From Candidatus Helarchaeota archaeon (lineage in GTDB: Archaea; Asgardarchaeota; Lokiarchaeia; Helarchaeales; RDOG01), in NCBI GenBank assembly GCA_019058315.1, contig JAHPZH010000001.1, positions 64,001 through 128,000 on the forward strand: a DNA stretch of 64,000 nucleotides, read 5' to 3'. This document shows positions 1 through 9,945 of the stretch, one piece after another (positions within the stretch are counted from its first letter, which is position 1; every line of letters starts with the position of its first letter). A program made the position numbers and the translations under genes. The notes under the pieces are model-generated. The model worked only from the letters and a program-made list of their open reading frames with translations, was not told the DNA's origin and did no database searches.

Positions 1-2171
1 CTATCATTCATTTTGCTATAAACTTCAGGAACAACATAGATAATACGATCAATTTGTGTTGCAACACTATTTCCAATAATTGGACCTGAAGTTTTTATTA
101 TCACCGAATCAATTTCAATATCTTTCGGAGCTGTTATATCTTTTATTTTATTATTAACTTGAAATCGACGGCACTGAAGAAGATTTATTTTATACATTTG
201 TTCATCAAAGAAGTTTACTGTATATTCTATATCAACAGGAGCTTCATATGCATTTTCTAATGTATTTAATATTTCTTTCATATCATTTATGAAATTAGTA
301 TTTTTTAAGAGGTTATCAAATGTTAAAACCCAAGGAAAAATAATGGGTCTATTTAGTTTTTGCATTCTTTTTTCCAGTTCTTGATCATAGGTTGCAAAAA
401 TACTTAAAGGTAACGTGTCTTCAATTAATCGGAAATCCAAGAAATTCAAAGTGTCAAATTTATTCTTTTCAATGTCTAATAAATCAATCTTTTTTTGCGA
501 AAACCTTTCCACCTCCTCCCAAGAGCTCTCAACACGTAATAAAGGTTCATTTATGGCTACCAATCTAGTAAAATCATCTTCTATACGTTCAACTGCCCTT
601 GTCCCAAGACCAAATACTAATCTTAAAAATCCAGCATATGGATCAATTTTTTCATTCCATACATAAGGATTAAACGAAAATCCCGTTCCAGCAACTTGTG
701 GGAAAAAATATTTTCCATACATCGAACCCGAGACTCTTTGAACTAATAAAGCCATTTGTTCATCGTAGGATAATATACCTCGATTTTTTCGGTATACTAA
801 AGCATCTGGTTGCACGGTACTTGCATAAACCTTTCTAATTGCATTTAAAAATTCTCCTAAACGTTCTTTAGAAGTACCTTGATTTGCACAAAACACACTA
901 TCATATTTGCCAGAAAATGAATTTCCATATGAATCTTCTTGTAAGCTACTGGAGCGAACAATAATTGGTGCTTGGCCGAAATAATCAAGGATCTCAGAAA
1001 ACTTCTCAATTAAATAATTTGGAAAGGTTCCCGATAGAATTTTTTCATATGTTTCTTTCCATCCCTCAAGGAAAGTATCTAGGTTTGATAATTTTCTGCG
1101 CATCCACCAACAATCATTCTTAACTAAAAATGTATAAAATACATCGCTACCAATATAAAAGGAATCATGTAATTCTAATTTTTTTTCTAAAAGCGGTGTT
1201 TCTTTTTTTAATATTGCTCGTGCAAGTAACATTCCAAAAGTCTTTCCTCCAATAAAACCTGTACCAATCATTCGTTTTCTTATTGAAAGAATGTCTTCAA
1301 TATCAAAATATTTCAGTGCTAATAATAATTGGATTTCATCCTGAACAATTGCTTTTCTTAATAGTTTGCTCTTAAAAACAGACGATTCTTTAACCGAAAT
1401 TTCCCCTAAAAGTAACCCTTCTAATGTTTTTTGGGCTTCTTGAAATGTAAGATGCCATGAATCAACATATTCTCTACTAATATCAAGCCATTGATAATGT
1501 TTTTTTGAAAGGATTTCTGTAATTATAGCACTTTGTTTAATGGTTTGGAAAGTACTTGATGGATCATCTAAATCAACCCATTTATGCAACATAAATATTG
1601 TTGGAGAAAAGCGATTAAAGACTTTTAAGGGATGAACATAAAGAGCATTTTTATCATCATGATAGACATCAATAATGACTTGTGCTGTTTCATGGATATC
1701 ATTAAAAGTTTCTGAATCATGATAATGTCGAAATAAGGCAAAATATGCTACAGTTTTTAGCTCATATAAATAAGGACATATTATCATAAAGAAATTTCCT
1801 AACATCACGTTAGAATACCAATCAACTGCTAAATCAGAAAGAGAATCAAAAACATAACAAGCCCCTATCCCATGCTTATCGATGATACGAATTATTTCTG
1901 AAATAAAATAGTCAAATCCTTTCTCTGGAAATAACTCATAAACTGATACCTTAATATGTTTTTGTATCAAATATTGATGTTGAGCAAAGCGAAAATAAAC
2001 TAAATCTAATTTTTCTCTATCTGCATAAGAGCAAAATGCACGAACAAATGGAAGATAATTTCCGATTTTATCAATCTGAAAAACCACGTTATCTCCGGCA
2101 ACAATACCTTGTAGAATCCCATCTAATGCTGGAATTCCTGAGCTATATTTTAGATTTAATTCATTTTCCAT
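1..2171 (-). CDS. PEP/pyruvate-binding domain protein (PEP synthase/PPDK N-terminal ATP-grasp family) with a KaiC/RecA-like N-terminus; 3' end runs off the window
   Basis: Absent from the ORF track (no stop in window). Manual translation from ATG at 2171: MENELNLKYSSGIPALDGILQGIVAGDNVVFQID..., then IGTGFIGGKTFGMLLARAIL, PIIVRSSSLQEDSYGNSFSGKYDSVF, EQMALLVQRVSG, GLGTRAVER, typical of the PPDK_N family. Confidence 0.85.
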   Translation of the reverse strand, partial: MENELNLKYSSGIPALDGILQGIVAGDNVVFQIDKIGNYLPFVRAFCSYADREKLDLVYFRFAQHQYLIQKHIKVSVYELFPEKGFDYFISEIIRIIDKHGIGACYVFDSLSDLAVDWYSNVMLGNFFMIICPYLYELKTVAYFALFRHYHDSETFNDIHETAQVIIDVYHDDKNALYVHPLKVFNRFSPTIFMLHKWVDLDDPSSTFQTIKQSAIITEILSKKHYQWLDISREYVDSWHLTFQEAQKTLEGLLLGEISVKESSVFKSKLLRKAIVQDEIQLLLALKYFDIEDILSIRKRMIGTGFIGGKTFGMLLARAILKKETPLLEKKLELHDSFYIGSDVFYTFLVKNDCWWMRRKLSNLDTFLEGWKETYEKILSGTFPNYLIEKFSEILDYFGQAPIIVRSSSLQEDSYGNSFSGKYDSVFCANQGTSKERLGEFLNAIRKVYASTVQPDALVYRKNRGILSYDEQMALLVQRVSGSMYGKYFFPQVAGTGFSFNPYVWNEKIDPYAGFLRLVFGLGTRAVERIEDDFTRLVAINEPLLRVESSWEEVERFSQKKIDLLDIEKNKFDTLNFLDFRLIEDTLPLSIFATYDQELEKRMQKLNRPIIFPWVLTFDNLLKNTNFINDMKEILNTLENAYEAPVDIEYTVNFFDEQMYKINLLQCRRFQVNNKIKDITAPKDIEIDSVIIKTSGPIIGNSVATQIDRIIYVVPEVYSKMND

Positions 2172-2292
2172 TTTTTAATTCCTTTATTTTATCTAATCTA
2201 AAATATAGAAAAAAAGCATTTTGAATTTTATTATTATGAATTAAAATAAAAGACTTTATAGGAATAGTTTGGAGAAAAAACTTAATTTAGGA

Positions 2293-2727
2293 TTATTTTG
2301 AACGACTTTCTAGGGCTGCTTTCAAGGTATTAATAGTTAATTCAGCACAATGCGCATTTTCTGGTGGTAAACCATCTAGAGCATTTTTTAGATCTTCTTT
2401 AGTGATTTTTTCAATTTCTTCGATTGATTTATTTTGGATTAACTTAATAACCATACTTCCGCAAGCAACAGTAGCTCCGCATCCATCTGTAAAAAAAGTT
2501 GCATTATCGATTCGATCTCCATTGATTTTTAGAAAAATCTGCATTGTATCACCGCACCAACCTTTAATTTTCGCCATTGCAGATGGATTTTCTATTGTTC
2601 CAAAATGATATGGATGTTTATATTCTTCAATAACTTTTTCAGAAAATATTTTCCTTGCTTCATCATCAATTTCATTTTGGAGTTGAGCAACGAATTGATC
2701 TAATTCTGAATCTTTATCCCGAGCCAT
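2293..2727 (-). CDS. NifU/IscU-like Fe-S cluster scaffold protein
   Basis: Three conserved Cys (GWCGD, DGCGATVACGS, HCAEL). Start moved to MARDKDSELD at 2727, directly after the upstream stop. Confidence 0.85.
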   Translation of the reverse strand: MARDKDSELDQFVAQLQNEIDDEARKIFSEKVIEEYKHPYHFGTIENPSAMAKIKGWCGDTMQIFLKINGDRIDNATFFTDGCGATVACGSMVIKLIQNKSIEEIEKITKEDLKNALDGLPPENAHCAELTINTLKAALESRSK

Positions 2728-2728
2728 T

Positions 2729-3127
2729 TTAACGACAAATTTCGCCTGGTTTATGATTATGATCTCTAAATGCATGTTGTTGGCATGCGTCATCTATTGA
2801 ATTTACAGCTTGAAGTTGGTCATTTTTCCACATGATATATGAATCATTTACCGTACCTTGAGCCCCAATAAAAACTTGAATTTTGAACTGGTCAAATAAC
2901 ATAATTGCACGACGTCCTAATCCTCTACAAATTAAAATATTAATTCCTTTTTGTTGTAATATTTCTGCGGGTAGACCCATTCCACCCATATGTTCGCTTG
3001 TATTTTGGATTACTGTTACTTTATCTGTTTCAGTATCTATAATAGTATATGTAGGACAACGCCCAAAATGTTGTCCGATCTGTTCATTAAATCCATTATT
3101 TCCCATAGTTGGCATACAAATCTTCAT
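2729..3127 (-). CDS. NifB/NifX-family (dinitrogenase FeMo-cofactor biosynthesis domain) protein
   Basis: HFGRCPTYTIID and ILICRGLGRRA motifs; His/Cys-rich tail. Confidence 0.85.
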   Translation of the reverse strand: MKICMPTMGNNGFNEQIGQHFGRCPTYTIIDTETDKVTVIQNTSEHMGGMGLPAEILQQKGINILICRGLGRRAIMLFDQFKIQVFIGAQGTVNDSYIMWKNDQLQAVNSIDDACQQHAFRDHNHKPGEICR

Positions 3128-3295
3128 ATAATAACACCAACTTTCAAAATCAAGATACTTTTTAAAATTTTTTTCATAAACATTTCTTATATACTTCCAT
3201 TTTTTAAAATCAAACTTTTATTATTTGAAAGACTGCCATTCTTTTTCATATTGTGAAAAATATAGTAATTTTTTTTATTTTAATATTTTAGAAAC

Positions 3296-3316
3296 TTGGT
3301 TGCGATCCGAAACCAA
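3296..3316. promoter_or_regulatory. Palindromic operator-like site TTGGTTGC-N5-GAAACCAA
   Basis: GC-containing inverted repeat (TTGGTT..AACCAA) in the AT-rich divergent spacer between the nifX-like gene and cdhA; similar copy at 6770-6790. Confidence 0.45.
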
Positions 3317-3489
3317 AATCTAAGAAATATATTGATCTCGAATACTTCAATATGAATAAAGTTTAAAAATCTTATTTAATTTTTCAAAATCAGATAGAAT
3401 TTAAAAATAAAAAGAAAATGAGATTAAATTATTAAAAAAAATAGTTTCAATTTGAAACTTACTATAAATTATTTAATTAAGTGATAAAA

Positions 3490-5868
3490 ATGGCAAAAGA
3501 TTCTTTAAGAATGAAATTTGATGAAATAAAGTCTGATAAGATTATTGTTAAAGGTTTACAGGTTCAAATTGGCCGTTTACCTTCTGAAGAATGGGAAGAA
3601 GAATCACTAGGTCCTACCCCTTTACCCAACCACACTGATCTCCGAGAATGGCACCATTTTCTTAACTATCGATATCCCCCATTGTATGCTCCTCTTTGTG
3701 ACATGTGTTGTCTTTGTACTTTTGGAAAATGCGATATGTCACAAGGCAAAAGAGGTGCATGTGGTCTGGGTCTATCGGCTCAACAATCCCGTATAGTCTT
3801 ATTGGCTTGTTTAATAGGTGCAAGCTGCCATGCAGCTCATTCAAGACATTTGGTGCATCATTTAATTGAAGAATTCGGACCGAATAAATCCATAGATATG
3901 GGTGAGGATATCGCAATAGAAGCACCAAATATTCGCATGATCTGTGGATATCGCCCTAAGACTATAAAAGATTTAGAAATTGCATTAGAATGGTGTGAAA
4001 ATCAAGTACTTCATGGAGTTGCAGCTGCCCACACAGGTCAAGAGGGTGCGGCTAAAGATTATGAATCGAAAGCTATGCATATTGGTATGCTTGATCATGT
4101 AGGTATGGAAGTGGCTGATATTGCACAAATTGCTGGATGGGATTTACCCAAAGGTGAAGCTGATGTACCTTTAGTAGAGTCGGGTTTAGGTGTTATTGAC
4201 GAAAAAAAACCAGTTCTACTATTAATCGGTCATAATGTTTCACCCGGTATTGAAGTTATGAATTATATAAATGAAGAAGGACTAGAAGATAAAATTGAAG
4301 TGGGTGGGATTTGTTGCACTATTCTTGATCTTACCCGTTATGATAAGAGAGCAAAAATTGTAGGCCCAATATCTTGGCAACTCAGAATTGTAAGATCAGG
4401 TATAGCTGATGTAATCCAAATTGACGAGCAATGTATAAGACCTGATATTATTGAAGAAGCAAAGAAAGTCAAAGCAAAAGTTATCGCTACTAATGATAAA
4501 GCTACCCACGGACTTCCAAATCAAACAAAATTAGATGAAGATGAAATTGTTGAATTATTAGTTAGTGATAAGCAAGATGCAACTCTTATTTTAGATCCTG
4601 TAAAAGCAGGTCGAGTTTCTGTAAAATTAGCTTTAAAAATGTTTGAAAAACGAAAAAATGAAAAAGGAGAAAAAATTAAAATAATTCCTGACAATATTGA
4701 AGAAGCAATAAAGATAGCCCAAAATTGTACCGATTGTCTTTCTTGTCAACGAGCATGCGGTAATAATTTGGAGGTTAATGAAGCAATGCAAGCAATGAAA
4801 GCTGGCGATCCTTCGTTATTAAAGTTAGTATACGAAAATTGTGTAGGGTGTACAAGATGTGAGGAAGCATGCCCTCAAGAAATACCAATCCATTCTTTAA
4901 TGGTATTTGCTGCTAAGGATCAAATTGAAAATGAGAAATTTAAGTGTCGAGTAGGTCGTGGTCCAATTAAAGATACTGAAATTCGTAATGTAGGTGCACC
5001 TATTGTATTGGGAGAAATTCCTGGGGTAATTGCTATAGTAGGTTGTGCGAATTATACAAAAGGAACTCAAGAAGTCGCTTTGATTGCAGAAGAATTTTTA
5101 AAACGACGATATATTGTAGTTGTAAGTGGATGTGGAGCAATGGATATTGGGAGATATTGGACAATAGACGATGAAGGTAATAAAGTAACCCTTTATGAAA
5201 AATATCCCGGAAACTTTGAAGCTGGAGGGTTAGTTAATGTAGGTTCTTGTGTAAGTAATGCACATATTACTGGAGCATGTGTTAAAGTAGCGAGTATTTT
5301 TGCAAGAAGACCTATAAGAGGTAATTTTGAAGAAATTGCGGATTACATTTTAAATAGGATAGGAGCTTGTGGGATAGCTTGGGGTGCTATGAGTCAAAAA
5401 GCAGCCTCGATCGGAACTGGATGTAATGTATTTGGGATCCCAGTAATCTTGGGAGCTCATGGCATAAAATATCGTCGTCAATTACTAGGAAGATCTGATC
5501 TCTCCGAGAAATGGGAAGTTTATGATGCAAATACTGGTGAAAAAATCAATGGTGGTCCATGTCCAGAACATTTGTTATACTCCGCTGAATCCGTAGAAGA
5601 ATGTATTGTCATGGCTGCGAAATTGTGCCTTCGTTCAAGTGATAATTTCAAAGGAAGACAAGTAAAATTAACTCATTATATCGATTTACATAAAAAATAC
5701 TTTGGAACTTTTCCAGAAGATGTTTATCTCTTCATACGTGAGGAAGCAGATATTCCTCTCACATTAAAAGATGAAGTCCAAGCGCATTTAAAGAAAAACA
5801 AATGGAAACCTACTTACATATGTACAAATACAACTACATTAAAAAGATTGATTCGGAAGAAAAAATAA
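3490..5868 (+). CDS. cdhA: CO dehydrogenase/acetyl-CoA synthase complex alpha subunit
   Basis: CDMCCLCTFGKC N-terminal motif; C-cluster ligands IGHN, GICCT, DEQC, VGCAN, SGCG, GSCVSN; two ferredoxin motifs CTDCLSCQRAC and CVGCTRCEEACP; ~790 aa. ATG at 3490 preferred over GTG at 3481. Confidence 0.95.
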   Translation: MAKDSLRMKFDEIKSDKIIVKGLQVQIGRLPSEEWEEESLGPTPLPNHTDLREWHHFLNYRYPPLYAPLCDMCCLCTFGKCDMSQGKRGACGLGLSAQQSRIVLLACLIGASCHAAHSRHLVHHLIEEFGPNKSIDMGEDIAIEAPNIRMICGYRPKTIKDLEIALEWCENQVLHGVAAAHTGQEGAAKDYESKAMHIGMLDHVGMEVADIAQIAGWDLPKGEADVPLVESGLGVIDEKKPVLLLIGHNVSPGIEVMNYINEEGLEDKIEVGGICCTILDLTRYDKRAKIVGPISWQLRIVRSGIADVIQIDEQCIRPDIIEEAKKVKAKVIATNDKATHGLPNQTKLDEDEIVELLVSDKQDATLILDPVKAGRVSVKLALKMFEKRKNEKGEKIKIIPDNIEEAIKIAQNCTDCLSCQRACGNNLEVNEAMQAMKAGDPSLLKLVYENCVGCTRCEEACPQEIPIHSLMVFAAKDQIENEKFKCRVGRGPIKDTEIRNVGAPIVLGEIPGVIAIVGCANYTKGTQEVALIAEEFLKRRYIVVVSGCGAMDIGRYWTIDDEGNKVTLYEKYPGNFEAGGLVNVGSCVSNAHITGACVKVASIFARRPIRGNFEEIADYILNRIGACGIAWGAMSQKAASIGTGCNVFGIPVILGAHGIKYRRQLLGRSDLSEKWEVYDANTGEKINGGPCPEHLLYSAESVEECIVMAAKLCLRSSDNFKGRQVKLTHYIDLHKKYFGTFPEDVYLFIREEADIPLTLKDEVQAHLKKNKWKPTYICTNTTTLKRLIRKKK

Positions 5869-5873
5869 AATAG

Positions 5874-5901
5874 ATGTGCAATAAATTAAGGTATTGCACA
5901 T
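5874..5901. terminator. Perfect 10-bp hairpin ATGTGCAATA-N8-TATTGCACAT after cdhA, followed by a T-run
   Basis: Inverted repeat read directly, between convergent genes; could instead be a protein-binding palindrome. Confidence 0.5.
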
Positions 5902-6004
5902 ACTCTTAAGACTTTTTTTTTTATTCAAATTGATTTAATATTTGTAGATATTAAATTTCAAAAAATTAAAAAAAAAAATTTGGATATTACAAGTTCTAAT
6001 TTAT

Positions 6005-6352
6005 CTATTTTACTTCTAACTCTTCCAATCTTTGTTTAATATTATCAATAGCTTGCTGCAATTGTTTTAATTGTGCTTCTAGTAGTTGTTTTTCTTGAGT
6101 AGGATCTACTGTAGGAGTTATTGGGATTGTGGGATCATAAGTAAAAATTGTGCTAGGTAAATTTTGAGTATATGCAGGATTTGCCCACCACCATCTAGGT
6201 AACCAAGGAAACCATCGGCAATTAAGAGAAGGATTTGGACCTAGACCACGTCCTATTCCATATCCTGGACCCCAAAAACCTTTTCCAAATCCTAGCCCCA
6301 AACCAAAGCCAAATCCGCGCCTAAAAAACCTAAATCCGCGACCACGCCACAT
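6005..6352 (-). CDS. DUF5320-like Gly/Arg-rich protein with C-terminal coiled coil
   Basis: RGRGFR/GFGFG low-complexity N-terminus, CRWFPWLPRWWW, C-terminal EKQLLEAQLKQLQQAIDNIKQRLEELE. Confidence 0.7.
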   Translation of the reverse strand: MWRGRGFRFFRRGFGFGLGLGFGKGFWGPGYGIGRGLGPNPSLNCRWFPWLPRWWWANPAYTQNLPSTIFTYDPTIPITPTVDPTQEKQLLEAQLKQLQQAIDNIKQRLEELEVK

Positions 6353-6355
6353 TTT

Positions 6356-6724
6356 TTAACCTTCCTCCTCTTCCAAATCTTTAAGTTTTTTACTTATCTG
6401 TTTAATTTGAGATTCTAGAAAACCTAATTGGTCTTTTAGAATCTGTTTTTCTTGTTCCTTCGTCATGTTCATAGAAGGGGGAGGAATGTTTTGTTGAACA
6501 CCAACATTCTGAGAAACATTAGGAATGTTCTGTTGAGAAGCTAACCATTCTTGAAACTGGGGAAGGTTGCCAGTCTCTTGTAACCATTGAGCAGTGGGAG
6601 GTAATCCAGATGGCGTCTTTCCTACCCAACCTGGAGAAAATCCAAATCGCATCCAGCCTGGGAGTCCTGTCAATTGAAACATCCTACGATGTCTTCCTCT
6701 TTGTCCTCGATTCATACTAATCAT
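6356..6724 (-). CDS. DUF5320-like protein with C-terminal coiled coil
   Basis: RHRRMFQLTGLPGWMRFG motif; C-terminal EKQILKDQLGFLESQIKQISKKLKDLE. Confidence 0.7.
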   Translation of the reverse strand: MISMNRGQRGRHRRMFQLTGLPGWMRFGFSPGWVGKTPSGLPPTAQWLQETGNLPQFQEWLASQQNIPNVSQNVGVQQNIPPPSMNMTKEQEKQILKDQLGFLESQIKQISKKLKDLEEEEG

Positions 6725-6744
6725 CTTTTAATTTCTATTCTTAG

Positions 6745-6960
6745 ATATTGCACAAAAATACTTAAATATTTGGTTGCAAGTTGATACCATCTTTTTTTTA
6801 AATTTATGCTGTAAAGATAATAAAATAGAAATAAAAAATAGGAAATGATGGAAAATATAAAATTTTCCGTATTTAAATTTGCTATTTTAAAATATTTTAT
6901 AAAAAATATTTATGATTTTTTTTTATTTTATCAACAAAATAAGGAATATTGCACAAAAAT
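6745..6960. promoter_or_regulatory. Divergent promoter region with a 15-bp direct repeat ATATTGCACAAAAAT (6745-6759, 6946-6960) and a second TTGGTTGC-N5-GATACCA site (6770-6790)
   Basis: Exact repeats read from the sequence, each next to a TTAAATA TATA-like element. Confidence 0.45.
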
Positions 6961-7022
6961 TTTTAAATAAACATTTATGAATAAAATTAGAGAAAAACTA
7001 ATTTTTTTATTGGGTGGAATAA

Positions 7023-7373
7023 TTGAATCCTCGTGGAAAAAGAAGAAGATTTGGAAAAAATAGAATATGGCAAGGAAAAGGTCCTGGACGACCAATATCT
7101 TCCAAAAACGTTAAAGAACCTACATTTAAACAATTTCTACCAGTAATCCCGCCAAACTTAATCGAAAAAGTCAATAAAAACCCAATTTTCTTATATTATG
7201 ATGAATTGGAGGCTACTAGACTCGTTGATCATGAAAATCTTACTCAAGAACAAGCAGGGGTTGAAATGGGCGTATCTAGGGGAACTATTTGGAGACTGGT
7301 GCAGAGTGCAAGGACTAAAATTCTAACTTCCATCCTTGAGGGGCAAGCCTTATACATAATTCCTCGAGAATAA
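7023..7373 (+). CDS. DUF134-family putative DNA-binding protein
   Basis: DELEATRLVDHENLTQEQAGVEMGVSRGTIWRLVQSARTKI matches the DUF134 HTH; TTG start. Confidence 0.85.
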   Translation: MNPRGKRRRFGKNRIWQGKGPGRPISSKNVKEPTFKQFLPVIPPNLIEKVNKNPIFLYYDELEATRLVDHENLTQEQAGVEMGVSRGTIWRLVQSARTKILTSILEGQALYIIPRE

Positions 7374-7467
7374 GAAATAACCTATAATAATTAAATTTTT
7401 TTAAGAGAAAAAATTTAGATAATAAAGAATTATATTAGGTTATTATATTTCAAAGGAGAAAAACGCA

Positions 7468-8100
7468 TTGAGCTCAAAATTAATTGAAGCAATAATCAAT
7501 TTAGAAGAAGAAGAATCGATAAAGATAACTCAAGATAGAATAAATTCTGGGGAAGATCCTCTAAATATTTTAAACGAAATTAGAGAAGCAATGACTAAAA
7601 TAGGAAAACGTTTCGAAAATAATGAATACTTTTTACCAGATTTAATGATGTCTGGAGAAATTCTTAGGCAAGTAAGTGATATTATTACACCCAAACTCAA
7701 AGAAATAAAAACAAAAGATCAAATTGGTAAAATTTTATTAGGTACAGTAGCTGGGGATATCCATGATATTGGTAAGGATATCGTAAAGTTTATGTTAGAA
7801 GCTAATGGTTTTGAAGTTCTAGATTTAGGTGTAGATGTTCCCGTAGATACCTTTGTAGAAAAAGTCAAAGAATTTAAGCCTGATATAGTGGCATTAAGTG
7901 GTTTTCTTACGATTGCATTTGATGCTATGAAAGAAACTGTTCAGAAAATCAAAGATGCGGGCTATCGAGATAAAGTAAAAATTATGGTTGGTGGAGGAAC
8001 TGTTGATGAACAAGTAAAAATTTATTCGGAAGCTGATGCATTTGGGGATAGTGCCGTTGATGCAGTAAATTTTGCCAAAAAATGGATGGGTGTTAATTAA
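7468..8100 (+). CDS. Corrinoid (cobalamin-binding) protein, MtaC/MtbC/MttC-like
   Basis: B12 cap domain (EYFLPDLMMSGE), DxHxxG motif GDIHDIGK, DLGVDVP, IMVGGG. Confidence 0.92.
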   Translation: MSSKLIEAIINLEEEESIKITQDRINSGEDPLNILNEIREAMTKIGKRFENNEYFLPDLMMSGEILRQVSDIITPKLKEIKTKDQIGKILLGTVAGDIHDIGKDIVKFMLEANGFEVLDLGVDVPVDTFVEKVKEFKPDIVALSGFLTIAFDAMKETVQKIKDAGYRDKVKIMVGGGTVDEQVKIYSEADAFGDSAVDAVNFAKKWMGVN

Positions 8101-8102
8101 TA

Positions 8103-9389
8103 ATGGCAGAAAAATCACCCAGAAAGTTATTTAAAGAACGTAAAAAAAGGATTTTCGAAGCTATTGCTCTTAAAGAACCGGATAGAGTTCCGATTAGTCC
8201 GATGTCAACATATTGGCCTATGTTATATAAAGGAATGACACATAAGGAAGCGATGTATGATCTTGAACGCTCATCCCAAGCTATAGTAGATACTGCACTA
8301 GAATTTCAATGGGACACTGCTCCAAGCGTTATTGTTATGTACCCGGTCCGTGCATTCGATATTCTGGACTCTAAATTATGGAAGTGGCCAGGTGCTAAAA
8401 ACCCAGATCAAAGGGTATCAGATAATTCACCATACCAGTTTTGCGAAGGAGAATACATGAAAGCTGATGAATATAAGGAATATTTTGAAGATCCAACTAG
8501 CTATATCATAAGAAAGGTAATTCCTAGACATTACGCGGCACTTTCAGGATTTAAGAGATTTCCTTCAAGAAATGATATGGTTAATGGTTATATGGTAATG
8601 TTAGGAGCTCCACTTACCTTTAATTCACCCGAATTTAAAGCTTCTAGCCAAGCATTAGAAGATGCATTAAAGGAAGTTCAAATCTGGTTTCAAAAAGGGA
8701 TTGAATCTATGATGAAACTTCAAAGATTAGGATTTCCACCCATTTTTGCGGGAATAGCACAAGCACCTTTTGATGTTGTTAGCGAATTTCTACGAGGTAT
8801 GAGAGGTAGCATGCTTGACATGTACAGAAGACCCGAAGATTTATTGAAATTAGTCGATTCTATTATTAAACCTATGATAGAAGGTGCATTGAAATTGGCA
8901 GTATTACCTGAAGCCCCGCTTGTATTCATACCCCTTCATCGCGGAGCCGATGGCTTTATGAATGATAAACAATATTCAAAATTCTATTGGCCGAGTTTAA
9001 AAGAACTTATGGTAGGATTAATAAAAGCTGGAAAGATCCCGATGCCATTTTTTGAAGGAAAATATAATACCCGTTTAAACTATATAGAAGAATTTGGAAA
9101 AGAATATCCTGGAAAAATGGTTGCATGGTTTGACCAGACTGATATTTTCAAAGCTAAGGAAATATTTGGAGATAAAATTTGTATTCGAGGAAATGTCCCA
9201 GGATCTTTAGTGGTAACTGGAACTCCACACCAAGTTGAAGAATATGTAAAGAAATGTATTGAAATCGTTGGTGAGAGTGGTGGTTATATACTAGATGGTG
9301 GAGTTAGTGGAATTCCAGATGAATCTAAACCTGAAAATGTAAAAGCAATGACTGATGCATGCATGAAATATGGAATTTATAAAAAATAA
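8103..9389 (+). CDS. Uroporphyrinogen decarboxylase-family (MtaA/CmuA-like) corrinoid methyltransferase
   Basis: EPDRVP start, APFDVVSEFLRGM, FYWPSLKE, CIRGNVP, GGYILD, ENVKAM; directly follows the corrinoid gene. Confidence 0.85.
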   Translation: MAEKSPRKLFKERKKRIFEAIALKEPDRVPISPMSTYWPMLYKGMTHKEAMYDLERSSQAIVDTALEFQWDTAPSVIVMYPVRAFDILDSKLWKWPGAKNPDQRVSDNSPYQFCEGEYMKADEYKEYFEDPTSYIIRKVIPRHYAALSGFKRFPSRNDMVNGYMVMLGAPLTFNSPEFKASSQALEDALKEVQIWFQKGIESMMKLQRLGFPPIFAGIAQAPFDVVSEFLRGMRGSMLDMYRRPEDLLKLVDSIIKPMIEGALKLAVLPEAPLVFIPLHRGADGFMNDKQYSKFYWPSLKELMVGLIKAGKIPMPFFEGKYNTRLNYIEEFGKEYPGKMVAWFDQTDIFKAKEIFGDKICIRGNVPGSLVVTGTPHQVEEYVKKCIEIVGESGGYILDGGVSGIPDESKPENVKAMTDACMKYGIYKK

Positions 9390-9442
9390 TTATTTAAATT
9401 TATAAATAATTATTACTTATCAATTTTAACGAAGGGATTTAA

Positions 9443-9934
9443 ATGAGCGATAAACCCAATCATAGGGTGAAAGGTTACCCATTTTATATACCTAAACCTG
9501 TTATAAAAAAAGATGAAAAAGAAATAGGACCTTATGAGATATTGGAAAGAAAATTTAGCCAAATTTATTCTTACATCAAAGAATGGGATACAAAAAAGCT
9601 CGAAGAACTTATACTTTATTTAATTAGGCGAATAAAAAAAATGGTAATAAAGAAAGAATTAAGTATGGAGGAGAAAGATGATGATCCTTTCGTAAGAAAT
9701 TCTGATATTCCAATTTTCATTAAAGGATGGGAAGTAGAGGAGCTCGAAGAACTCATATCATTTATAATAAAGAGAATGGAAAAAACAATTAAAGATGGAT
9801 ATAAAAAAATAATTTCAATATATGTTAATAAAATCAAAGAAATGAAGAAAGCTGAAATGGAAAAATTGAAGGATGCTGAACGAACTCCAATAAACGATTC
9901 TTCTATTCGTTATGGTGTTTACAAACAAGATTAG
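9443..9934 (+). CDS. Hypothetical helical protein with internal duplication
   Basis: Two similar segments: YIKEWDTKKLEELILYLIRRIKK and FIKGWEVEELEELISFIIKRMEK. Confidence 0.65.
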   Translation: MSDKPNHRVKGYPFYIPKPVIKKDEKEIGPYEILERKFSQIYSYIKEWDTKKLEELILYLIRRIKKMVIKKELSMEEKDDDPFVRNSDIPIFIKGWEVEELEELISFIIKRMEKTIKDGYKKIISIYVNKIKEMKKAEMEKLKDAERTPINDSSIRYGVYKQD

Positions 9935-9945
9935 TTCGGAGTTTA

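Noticed and set aside
2293-3127. Nitrogen fixation genes
   Set aside because: NifU-like and NifB/NifX-domain proteins are common in non-diazotrophic anaerobes; no nifHDK is present in the window
8103-9389. True uroporphyrinogen decarboxylase (hemE)
   Set aside because: Its length and coupling to a corrinoid protein indicate the methyltransferase branch of the family
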